DNA of 64,000 nucleotides, taken from assembly GCA_044224875.1 (NCBI GenBank), contig JBGAJQ010000009.1:32001-96000 (forward strand), in the 5' to 3' direction. Made by a program: the position numbers and the translations under genes. Below, in pieces: positions 1 to 8,096 of this stretch (positions are counted from its first letter, which is position 1; each line of letters begins with the position of its first letter). The notes beneath the pieces were generated by a model. It was not told the origin of the DNA, ran no database searches, and saw only the letters and a list, made by a program, of their open reading frames with translations. This DNA comes from Gemmatimonadaceae bacterium. GTDB taxonomy: Bacteria; Gemmatimonadota; Gemmatimonadetes; Gemmatimonadales; Gemmatimonadaceae.

Positions 1-399
1 GCTGCCTAACAATCGAATTGATAACTCGCGGACGCAGGCGTCCGTTGACGCAATCGAGTCGGTGAGAAATCGCACTTCAGAAGGCGTCAGCTCATCGCCC
101 CGTGGAAAGCGGCGGACCCGTGCGCGCACGGCAACGCCCAGGGGCGGCGATGGCGCGTCTTCCCAGCGCCCGCCCCACCCGACGAGGCCGTCGGAGGCAA
201 GGCCACACAACACGGGAGACGCACCATGCGCCTGTCCGATCAGCCCACGGACGTCCATCGGAAGTGACGTGGCGAATACCGGTTGCTCCACGGCAGCGTG
301 AGTCGCGGGCGCAGTCCGCACGTCGGCATCGCAGGCAAAGCGACCATCCGTGGACGCGATGAACACGGCGCTCAACAGGCACAACGAAAGGCGAGTCAT
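1..399 (-). CDS. HEAT-repeat-like protein, probably exported (partial; runs off window start, not in ORF track)
   Basis: Manual translation from ATG 399 (GGAGG RBS at 404-408 on minus strand): MTRLSLCLLSAVFIAST...DELTPSEVRFLTDSIASTDACVRELSIRLLGS, open to position 1. Hydrophobic N-terminus; 'D-x-x-VRELSIRLLG' is HEAT-like. Confidence 0.7.
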   Translation of the reverse strand, partial: MTRLSLCLLSAVFIASTDGRFACDADVRTAPATHAAVEQPVFATSLPMDVRGLIGQAHGASPVLCGLASDGLVGWGGRWEDAPSPPLGVAVRARVRRFPRGDELTPSEVRFLTDSIASTDACVRELSIRLLGS

Positions 400-433
400 C
401 GATCCTCCACCATGAACCAGACGAGGTTCGTCG

Positions 434-451
434 GTTGAAATTTCAGCAGCA
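434..451. promoter_or_regulatory. Putative BlaI-family operator copy (GTTGAAATTTCAGCAGCA)
   Basis: Exact 18-bp reverse complement of 3037-3054 in the blaI promoter; core palindrome TGAAATTTCA; lies about 35 bp upstream of the ATG at 399. Confidence 0.65.
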
Positions 452-465
452 GGGGGTGATGCCCG

Positions 466-495
466 GCTGCCTGACGAGGACTCCCGTCAGGCAGC
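466..495 (-). terminator. GC-rich hairpin downstream of the M56 gene (terminator or processing stem)
   Basis: GCTGCCTGACG-N8-CGTCAGGCAGC, perfect 11-bp stem; no clear U-tract. Confidence 0.45.
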
Positions 496-518
496 GGCAT
501 ACAGGGTTTGAGCTGGGA

Positions 519-2618
519 CTACGGGTTCGGACGGGGACGCGGCCACGGCCAGGGCCACGGTCCACTCGCACCGCCGCCGGCCAGCGCGCGCACGGCCATG
601 CTGCGGATGTCCGGGTCACTCGAGGCCAGCAGCTTCGAGAGAACGTCCGCGGATTTTTCGCCAGTGGAGCCCAGGGCGCGGATGAACGCACGCCGGACGT
701 CCGAGTCCTTCTCTCGATCGATGGCCGCTTCGAGTGATGGCACTGCGGACGGGTCTCCGACCTGGAACACGACCCAGGCTGCGAGGCGGCGAACGCGAGG
801 CGACGCGTCGTTTAGTCCGGCGAGAACGCCGGTGGGAAGCTTCTCGGGTTCGATGCTGCCGATCGCCCACATCGCCATCTCCCGAACGTCCTCATCCTTG
901 GAACCGAGTGCGGCGGTGAGCACGTCGAGTGACGACTCGTTGCCAGCCTGACCGAGGGCCCAGATGGCCGTCGCGCGCACGTTGTCGTTCGCATCTGACT
1001 TGGCGGCGTTCACCAAGGCATCGGCCGCGACCGTATTGCGGTCCGCATCGCCTAACGCCCAAGCCGCCATCTCACGCACTTCGGCGTGGGTATCGCGTCG
1101 CAAGACGTCGGCAAGCGCGGAGGCCACGGCGCTCTCCTCGGCGTAGTCACGAAGTCCCCAGGCGGCGATGCGGCGCACGGTGGCGCTCGTATCGGTCTTG
1201 AGGACGTTGAGGAGCAACTTGGAGCGTTCGTCCGAATGTTGTGGTGACTGCCCGTTCAAGCCGCCGGCGAACAATTGTCGCACAGTTTCCGCGGCGACTT
1301 TCGAGCCGGACCGCGCGGCATTTTCGACGATGCGCGAGATGGAGCTGTCGAAGTCACGATCGGCGCGGGATCGGTTGCGAGCTTGGGAATCCTGGGACGT
1401 CTCGGAGGTCACGGTGTGGCGTGCGACTGATGTCGTCGTGTCCGTGTGACGAATGATGGCCGCACGTTCTCGGGTGAAGTCGCTGGTATCGGCGGGTCGG
1501 GCGAGGGAGGCTTGTGGTGGTGCCGTGGGCGCGGGTGGGGCGGCGGGTGCGGCAGCTCCAACGCAGAGGGCGAGGAGTGCCAGCGATGCGACGGAGAAGG
1601 CCGTCTGTCGGCGCGACGGCGCGGTGCGGCGAATATCGGGATCGAGAATGGCGAGCATACGTCCCTCGAACTCCTTACGATGAGCCATGGCGAGGGCCAC
1701 GGCCGGGGTGAATTGACGGCGGACGGTCGTTACGATGTCCAGCAGGTGCTCCGCGTAGTCGCTGGGGCGCGCGCCACAGCGGATCGCGATGTCGTCACAC
1801 GCGCGCTCGCTTTCGATGCGCAGCTGACGGGCCCCGGTCCAGACCAGGGGATGGAACCAGTACAAGGCGCAGGCAAAGCGCCCGAGTGTGTGCCCAACGA
1901 GGTCGCGGCGCTTGATGTGGGCTAGTTCGTGCAGCAACACGGCAATGCGCCGGTCGGCGTGCCAGGTATGGGCCGCCTGTGGCAGCACAATGACCGGTCG
2001 GGTGAGTCCGCAGGCAAATGGCATGCTGATGTCACGGCTCGCGACCAGGCGTGGCGCGTGTTCCAACCCAATCCGGTCGGCCACCTCGTAGAGCGAGTCT
2101 TGCCATTCGGGGGCCGTCATGACATCGGCACGGCGGACGATGCGCGACACAGACCAGGCGCCGTGCAGCAACCAAAGGAGGCAGGCAACGACACCGGCCA
2201 GCCACAGCCACAAGACCACGGTGACTGGGGAGATGCTCGCTGTCCGTGAGCCATCGGTCTCCGCGGGAACGTTCGCCGTCTGTTCAGCTGATGCAACTGA
2301 CGGGCCAGTCATCGAGGCCGAAGGAGGCGGCTCGACTGGGTCTGCGGCCTGTTCGCTGGCCACGGCTGGCCGCGCCACGGATGCCGCGAAGGAGGCGGGG
2401 AGCACCGCCAGTCGCAACGGCAGGCGCGTAATGAGCGATGGCAAGAGGATCAGCGAGGCGAGCGTCACCATCCACACCAAATGACGCAGTCCAGCCGATG
2501 ACCGACGCAACGCGATGGTCCCGAGCATGGCGATCAACAGCAGCACGGTGGCCTTCACGAGCATGACTAGTGTTTCTGTGCTCGGTGGTCCAAAGGACTG
2601 GGTGAGGGTCGAGAACAT
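519..2618 (-). CDS. BlaR1/MecR1-type M56 zinc metallopeptidase fused to C-terminal HEAT repeats
   Basis: N-terminal TM helices, HELAH zinc motif, 'ALYWFHPLVW', 'ERACDD'; C-terminal repeats 'VRRIAAWGL / VREMAAWALG / VRATAIWALG / VREMAMWAIG'; directly downstream of the BlaI-like gene. Confidence 0.9.
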   Translation of the reverse strand: MFSTLTQSFGPPSTETLVMLVKATVLLLIAMLGTIALRRSSAGLRHLVWMVTLASLILLPSLITRLPLRLAVLPASFAASVARPAVASEQAADPVEPPPSASMTGPSVASAEQTANVPAETDGSRTASISPVTVVLWLWLAGVVACLLWLLHGAWSVSRIVRRADVMTAPEWQDSLYEVADRIGLEHAPRLVASRDISMPFACGLTRPVIVLPQAAHTWHADRRIAVLLHELAHIKRRDLVGHTLGRFACALYWFHPLVWTGARQLRIESERACDDIAIRCGARPSDYAEHLLDIVTTVRRQFTPAVALAMAHRKEFEGRMLAILDPDIRRTAPSRRQTAFSVASLALLALCVGAAAPAAPPAPTAPPQASLARPADTSDFTRERAAIIRHTDTTTSVARHTVTSETSQDSQARNRSRADRDFDSSISRIVENAARSGSKVAAETVRQLFAGGLNGQSPQHSDERSKLLLNVLKTDTSATVRRIAAWGLRDYAEESAVASALADVLRRDTHAEVREMAAWALGDADRNTVAADALVNAAKSDANDNVRATAIWALGQAGNESSLDVLTAALGSKDEDVREMAMWAIGSIEPEKLPTGVLAGLNDASPRVRRLAAWVVFQVGDPSAVPSLEAAIDREKDSDVRRAFIRALGSTGEKSADVLSKLLASSDPDIRSMAVRALAGGGASGPWPWPWPRPRPNP

Positions 2619-2623
2619 GGCGG

Positions 2624-3016
2624 CTACCTCCCTCCAGACCGTGCCCGTCCGATGCGCTCGCGCAACTTGGCCACGGCGTCATCGGAGAGATCGGTATCTG
2701 AGAGCCTGAGGAGCGCTGTCATGGCCTGCTCGGTGGACCCGGCGAAGTACGTACGTACGACGTGCTCGAGGGCGTCATCGCGCGCCCGCTCGGTCGGCTG
2801 CGCCGGCGAATAGACATAGCGCGGCCCGTCTTCCCGAAAGGCGACGAGTTGCTTGTCGGCGAGGATGCGAAGGATCGAACGGACGGCCGAGTACGTCGGC
2901 GGATCGGGGAGATCGCTCATGATCTCCGACACCGTGGCGTCCCCACGCCGGTGCAGGATGTTCATGACCTGGCTTTCGCGGCGGGTCAGATCGTCGTTCG
3001 GTCGGGCGGCGGCCAT
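2624..3016 (-). CDS. BlaI/MecI/CopY family transcriptional repressor
   Basis: 130 aa; 'LTRRESQVMNILH...TVSEI...TYSAVRSILRILADK...RYVYSP...YFAGS' winged-helix signature. Confidence 0.92.
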   Translation of the reverse strand: MAAARPNDDLTRRESQVMNILHRRGDATVSEIMSDLPDPPTYSAVRSILRILADKQLVAFREDGPRYVYSPAQPTERARDDALEHVVRTYFAGSTEQAMTALLRLSDTDLSDDAVAKLRERIGRARSGGR

Positions 3017-3036
3017 GGGTGAGAATCCGGTTGGGG

Positions 3037-3072
3037 TGCTGCTGAAATTTCAACAGTGTTGATTTTTCAGCA
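3037..3072. promoter_or_regulatory. Tandem operator boxes in the blaI promoter
   Basis: TGCTGCTGAAATTTCAAC (3037-3054), 3-bp spacer, then GTTGATTTTTCAGCA (3058-3072): two related boxes in inverted arrangement about 20-55 bp upstream of the blaI ATG. Confidence 0.7.
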
Positions 3073-3210
3073 AAGCTCAGGAAAAGTCAAGGGGTGGGGG
3101 AGTCGAGCTCACCCGCGGTCCCGCCGGTCCGAAGGCCCCGGAAGGGACGGCGCGGCGTGGTTCGGAGACTGCGAACGTCTTCGGCCGGGAGGGAATCCAG
3201 CGGTCGCACG

Positions 3211-3250
3211 AAGAAAGGGGCGTCGCACGCGAATCGTGGGACGCCCCTTT
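3211..3250 (-). terminator. Rho-independent terminator after the DUF4331 pair
   Basis: AAAGGGGCGTC...GACGCCCCTTT stem; followed by TTTCTT on the minus strand. Confidence 0.75.
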
Positions 3251-3278
3251 GACCGGGATTCGGTTCCTCGCCTACAAC

Positions 3279-3869
3279 TCACGACTGCACGTGGCGGCCG
3301 GCGAGGTAGGGGAAGGCTTTCAGGAACTGCTTATCGTTCGCCGGGACGTTGTCTGTGCACAGCGGGAGCTGGAAGGGTGCACAGAGTGGGTTGCCGGGAT
3401 CAAGCAAGGAACTGAAGATCGCGCTCAGTCCGACGTCGGTGACATCGTCGGTCAGCGTCCGGCCGCCCCACCCACTGGCGAGTGCCCAGGAGAGCCATCC
3501 GGCGGTACTTGGGCTCTTGGACGGATCCACGACGAGCATATCGGGATAGAGGACGCTGCCTAACAAAGTGGCCAGGGACTGTGGCCGACCGAAGGAGGTG
3601 ACGAACTGCTCGGTCTGCGGGCGGTAGGTGGCCGTGTTGTAGGGCTGCGTCTGGTTGTAGCCGTCGTGATTGGCTTTCACGATGGTGACTTCGCTGATCA
3701 ACGGGTTGCCGAGGAACTCGATCTGGTCGTAGACGGCGGTTCCATCGGTGACGGCGCTGGCGTTGTCTGGCGCGAGGGCGCCTGGTTGATCCTGGTTGTC
3801 GCTGCAGGCCGTGGCCGCGAGGGCAATGGTCATGGCGGCAAACCGTCGGAGTTGGGTCTTCCACTGCAT
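3279..3869 (-). CDS. DUF4331-family lipoprotein (C-terminal-half type)
   Basis: Start re-called at ATG 3869 with GGAG RBS; lipobox 'ATAC'; motifs 'DQIEFLGNPLISE', 'GRTLTDDVTD', 'DNVPAND..F...FPYL'. Confidence 0.75.
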   Translation of the reverse strand: MQWKTQLRRFAAMTIALAATACSDNQDQPGALAPDNASAVTDGTAVYDQIEFLGNPLISEVTIVKANHDGYNQTQPYNTATYRPQTEQFVTSFGRPQSLATLLGSVLYPDMLVVDPSKSPSTAGWLSWALASGWGGRTLTDDVTDVGLSAIFSSLLDPGNPLCAPFQLPLCTDNVPANDKQFLKAFPYLAGRHVQS

Positions 3870-3907
3870 GGCTTGGATACTCCTATCGATCAGGGTTGAG
3901 GTAGGCG

Positions 3908-4672
3908 TTAGGTGCCCGGTCCGCGGCGCGGGCGGGACGTAGTGCCCCAGATACCGAACTTGGACGGGTTGTTGGGGTCGGCGACCAGCATACTCACCGG
4001 CAGCTCCACTACGATGGCCATGTCGTTGTAGCCGCGGACATAGTCCTGGGCTTGTCCGGCGGGACGGAACGAGCTGGCCGTGGCCGTATCGGGAAGTTCG
4101 GACAGGGGGCCAGAGACGGGCCGGCGATCGGGGATGATGCGGAAGAAGTACTCGAGGTCGATGAAGAACGGATCGTCGCGCGGGCCCGCAAACAGCTGGA
4201 TGCCGGAGGGCGAGCCTAACACGGTGTTCACGGGACCAGCGAGTGTCGGTTCGCCCTGTATCAACGTGTTGGACGGTCCGACTTCGTTGGGCTTCACCGG
4301 ACCGCGCATGGCGACTTGTTGGCCACCCGCCGGTCCGCTGAACGTGAACTGGAAGACCAGGTCCTCCATGGTATCGCCGTTGTTGTCGATCTTGAGCTGG
4401 TAGAGTTCCTTCGACTTGTTGCCGAACGTGAAGCTCGGTGTTTGAGCTGGTGTGATCGGCGACGACGTGCTCAATACGAGGGCAATGCGTCCCGGCGTCG
4501 CCGCGGGGAACGCGTACACGTCGTTCACATCGTACCGTGAATTGAGTTCCACGGTGGGGGTGTCCTGGTGATCCGAGGCCTTCAAGAGCCCGGCGGTCGT
4601 GAGGCCCGCGAGGACGGTCGCGACGGCCAACACGGGCGCGATTCGGCTGCGCCGCTGCATCCACTGCTTCAT
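3908..4672 (-). CDS. DUF4331-family secreted protein (N-terminal-half type)
   Basis: Start ATG 4672 with GGAG RBS; signal peptide then 'ASDHQDTP...YDVNDVYAFP', 'YQLKIDNNGD', 'FAGPRDDPFFIDL'. Confidence 0.8.
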   Translation of the reverse strand: MKQWMQRRSRIAPVLAVATVLAGLTTAGLLKASDHQDTPTVELNSRYDVNDVYAFPAATPGRIALVLSTSSPITPAQTPSFTFGNKSKELYQLKIDNNGDTMEDLVFQFTFSGPAGGQQVAMRGPVKPNEVGPSNTLIQGEPTLAGPVNTVLGSPSGIQLFAGPRDDPFFIDLEYFFRIIPDRRPVSGPLSELPDTATASSFRPAGQAQDYVRGYNDMAIVVELPVSMLVADPNNPSKFGIWGTTSRPRRGPGT

Positions 4673-4859
4673 AACGTCTCCAACGTGTGAGGGGAGAATG
4701 CGACGACAGGCGGCGGCGTGTGGCACGCGACACTGCGCGTGGCCGAGGTGTCTCCTCGAGCAACCGATGTCGTTCGTGTGAATGGGTGCAGATCGCGATC
4801 TACGTTCGGCTACGCGTCGACCTGCGAATCGGATTGGTCGCGTCGGCGACGCGCCGAAG

Positions 4860-6281
4860 TCAGCGGCGGATGCGCTCGCTCACCGCGCGCACGATGGCCT
4901 GCGCGACGGAATCCTGGAGGGCAAAGAGGGACGAAGCGCTCCCTTCGTGGGTACCTACCCACACCGTGGAGTCCGACTCCACCGACGTCAAGCGCGTCAG
5001 CACGCGCATACGATCACGCTCGCGCTGCACGGTGGCGTCGAGCCGCATCGCCGCTCGACGCCCGGCCACCGAGTCGGTCCCCGGAGTACTTCCTTCCACG
5101 GCTGCCACGCGGAGTCCGGGAAGTCGAGCCAGGGCGTTGGTGACTTGCGAGGTGAGACCGAGTGCGGCGGCGCCCGCCGCCGAGTCACCGCCAATGGCCA
5201 CGAACGACGAAACCTCAATCGAAGGGCCTAACGCGGCGATTTGCGCTGGACGCGGTGCCGGCACGCCGGCATCGTTGCGCGCGGGCCAGAACGGCGCCCC
5301 CGCGGCGGCCAGGGCGAGTGCCCCGGCCGCCGACCAGCCGATGACCCGGCGCGGGGTCCACGTGCTGCGCGCTGGCACCACAAAATCGCCACTCGTCACG
5401 TCCGGCGAATCGAACATGCGCAGCAGCTCGGTCGCCGACTTGGGGCGCTGGGCGGGCTCCTTCTCCAGGCATCGCATGATGATGACCGCGAGTGGCGGCG
5501 GGACGTCCGATCGACGGGCGCGGATGGGAGGCGCCGGTTGCGAGAGCTGGGCGGCGAGCAGCTGGTGCGGCGATGCGCCGTAGAAGGGCGGCGTTCCCAC
5601 CAACATCTCATACGCCAGGATGCCCAGCGCATACAGGTCGGCGCGATGATCAACGTTAGGGTCGGCCGCCACCTGTTCCGGTGCCATGTACGCCGGCGTG
5701 CCCAGCGTCATTCCCACGCCGGTCAGCGCCGTGGCGTTGCCCGCGGACTTCACGAGATCCGGGCGTTCCTGTGGCAGCCGGCCATGTCGCGACACCGCGA
5801 TGGCTTTGGCGACACCGAAGTCGGTGACAACCGCGGCACCGCTCGTCAGCATCACGTTGTCTGGTTTGATGTCCCGATGCACGACACCGCGCCCGTGCGC
5901 GAACGCCAACGCCGCCAGCACGTCCTTGCAGACGGCGATGGTTTCGCGCACGGAGAGTGGGCCGCGCACGAGGCGCGTGCGAAGCGACTCCCCTTCGATG
6001 AACGGCATCACGAAATACGGCAGGCCATCCACCTCACCGGAGGTGAGCACCGGCACGATGTGCGGATGCTGCAGACCCGCGGCTACCATGATCTCGCGCC
6101 GGAAGCGCTCCACGGACAACGTCGCCGTCAGCGTCGACGAAAGGACCTTGAACACCACCCGCCGTTGCAGCTGCTTGTCAAAGGCGACGAAGACGTCCGA
6201 CATCCCGCCGCCGCCGAGCTCGCGCTCGATGACGCACCAATCGGCAACATGGGCATTCAGGCGGGCGATCAGGTCGGCCAT
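4860..6281 (-). CDS. Hanks-type Ser/Thr protein kinase with TM segment and C-terminal TolB-N-like domain
   Basis: ELGGGGMS, HRDIKPDN, DFGVAKA, GTPAYMAPEQ, DLYALG; TM 'VIGWSAAGALALAAAGAPFW'; C-terminus 'LFALQDSVAQAI'. Confidence 0.92.
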   Translation of the reverse strand: MADLIARLNAHVADWCVIERELGGGGMSDVFVAFDKQLQRRVVFKVLSSTLTATLSVERFRREIMVAAGLQHPHIVPVLTSGEVDGLPYFVMPFIEGESLRTRLVRGPLSVRETIAVCKDVLAALAFAHGRGVVHRDIKPDNVMLTSGAAVVTDFGVAKAIAVSRHGRLPQERPDLVKSAGNATALTGVGMTLGTPAYMAPEQVAADPNVDHRADLYALGILAYEMLVGTPPFYGASPHQLLAAQLSQPAPPIRARRSDVPPPLAVIIMRCLEKEPAQRPKSATELLRMFDSPDVTSGDFVVPARSTWTPRRVIGWSAAGALALAAAGAPFWPARNDAGVPAPRPAQIAALGPSIEVSSFVAIGGDSAAGAAALGLTSQVTNALARLPGLRVAAVEGSTPGTDSVAGRRAAMRLDATVQRERDRMRVLTRLTSVESDSTVWVGTHEGSASSLFALQDSVAQAIVRAVSERIRR

Positions 6282-6442
6282 GACACGTGTGGGAAGGTGA
6301 TCATCTGACACCCGGAAGGACCAAAAACGTTACCGGTCCGTACGTCAAACGCACGTCACAGGTGCCGAGACGACGGGGGCATGCGGTCGCCACGGGTAAC
6401 GAGTCCCTCCGAACGCCACCGGTCACCGGCGCCGACCGCCTG

Positions 6443-7960
6443 TCACGGCGTCGGGATCTTGAACGGGTCCTTGGGCGGGCGCCTTAAGGTATCTGGCGGC
6501 GCCGGCTTGGCGATCTCCTTGCTGATGGCGAGATGGGCATTGCCCCTGGCTACCGCGTAAACGCGCAAATCGGCGGTGGTCGCGTGCGCGCGGAGGCCAC
6601 GAGCGTCGGTGATCTTCGCGCGCAGGATGACGCCGTCCGCCAGACGCCGGTTCATGCCCCGTTCGGCGAGGGGAACGAGGGCGCCAACGGCGGAGGAGTC
6701 CGGGAGACGCGCTCGCAAGCGCAGGAAGTCGCGGAGCTCATCCCCCTTGAGCCACTGCAGGCCCTGCACCAGCAGGTTGGAGCTGCCGACATCATAGTCG
6801 AGGTCTGGGACTACCACCTGGCGCGACAGGGTATCAATCGTCGGCGTGCCGGTAAAATAGACTCGGCCCCGCGTGTCCCCTCGCACGTCGACGCCGAGCG
6901 CCACCTGACCTCCGCCGATGCCCGTCAGTTGGACATTGTCGATACGAATGGTGCGCCCCGCCTGGCTGATCTCGCGCCCCCGAAGGGCCTTGCGGAGCAG
7001 CGCCGAGGCCACCGAATAGCTGAACGCTCCCTCCATCTGCACATTCAAGCCAACGTTCGGCATCTCGCCAAACGCCAACTGCGGGAGGGCGGTGATCAGG
7101 GTAAAGTCATTCGGGCGCGGCCCGGTGATCACCCGGGGCTGCACAAGCAACCCCACGTTGGCGATCACGGTGCGTTCGTTGCTCGTGACCTTGCCGAGTT
7201 GCGCGCCACGTGGATTAAGTGTGAGGTAGATGCTGTCCGTGAGGCGAATCGGCTGTTGCATCTTTTGCCACCACGAGACAAAGCGGGATCGTGTGTCGAT
7301 GCGTGCAATATTGGCATCCAGCGCCGCGAGTTGTTTCTGGAGCGCCGAGCGCGTGGCCGCCACGACACGCTCCGTGACATCCACGCGAAAGATTGTCACC
7401 TTGCAACGGTCCCGCTCCTCGTCGCTGAACGGTTCGAGCCGCGCGATGGCGGTGCGCGTGCGAAGCTGCCAGTCCGCCGTCAGCTTCACTTGTGAGGCAA
7501 GCGTGGCGCGCACCCGCGGGCGCGGAACACCTCCCGTGCCACACGCGGCGCTGATCTCAGGCCCGATCGGCGGCTTGTACCAGCCGCGCCCCTCGTACTC
7601 GATGGTGGTGGAGATGCGGACGTTCTGCCCGTCTATGGCGACCTGAAAAGGCGAGCGGTCGGCCACGAAGGCGAAGTGCAGTCGCTTGTTGGAAGGCGAC
7701 TCCAGACGCTGGGTGAGGTCGCCAAAGCGTTTGGGCACCGCGCCCTCCATCGTGGTGATGGCGGGGGAGAGGTCATAGAGAATGGGGGCTTCAACGAACG
7801 ACGGAGCCGGCGGGCCGATCGAATCGGGTACGTCCTCCACGACGATCGGTGGCGGCGCCTCAAACTCGATCGGCTGCCGCATGAGACGAGACGCGTAATA
7901 CGCGCCTGCCCCAATGCCAGCAACGATGATCACTGCCGCGACAACCGTTCGAGTTCGCAT
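6443..7960 (-). CDS. DUF4403-family protein
   Basis: 505 aa with N-terminal anchor; 'WQKMQQPIRL', 'GRVYFTGTP', 'DLDYDV' pattern recalled from DUF4403 proteins. Confidence 0.65.
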   Translation of the reverse strand: MRTRTVVAAVIIVAGIGAGAYYASRLMRQPIEFEAPPPIVVEDVPDSIGPPAPSFVEAPILYDLSPAITTMEGAVPKRFGDLTQRLESPSNKRLHFAFVADRSPFQVAIDGQNVRISTTIEYEGRGWYKPPIGPEISAACGTGGVPRPRVRATLASQVKLTADWQLRTRTAIARLEPFSDEERDRCKVTIFRVDVTERVVAATRSALQKQLAALDANIARIDTRSRFVSWWQKMQQPIRLTDSIYLTLNPRGAQLGKVTSNERTVIANVGLLVQPRVITGPRPNDFTLITALPQLAFGEMPNVGLNVQMEGAFSYSVASALLRKALRGREISQAGRTIRIDNVQLTGIGGGQVALGVDVRGDTRGRVYFTGTPTIDTLSRQVVVPDLDYDVGSSNLLVQGLQWLKGDELRDFLRLRARLPDSSAVGALVPLAERGMNRRLADGVILRAKITDARGLRAHATTADLRVYAVARGNAHLAISKEIAKPAPPDTLRRPPKDPFKIPTP

Positions 7961-8096
7961 TCAGAGACCATGCCCGCAAAGCAGTTCACAGAAGAGCCCC
8001 GGTTCCAAGATGGCGCGCGGTACTACGTTTTCGCAGTAGCAGCGGTCTGGCGCGACCCGCCTCGCCGAGACTGACGCAGGCACCTACATTCGGCGC

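Noticed and set aside
519..3016. blaI/blaR as a beta-lactam resistance locus
   Set aside because: No penicillin-binding sensor domain and no beta-lactamase or PBP2a gene in the window.
434..3054. 18-bp perfect inverted repeats flanking blaI-M56 read as transposon ends or invertible-segment sites
   Set aside because: No transposase or recombinase nearby and no target-site duplication. Each copy is itself palindromic and sits in a promoter position, which fits an operator better.
3870..4763. Upstream extension of the 494-aa ORF overlapping the first DUF4331 gene (possible programmed frameshift fusion)
   Set aside because: The extension is Arg-rich shadow-frame sequence typical of high GC. The second gene has its own RBS, ATG and lipoprotein signal, and I saw no slippery site.
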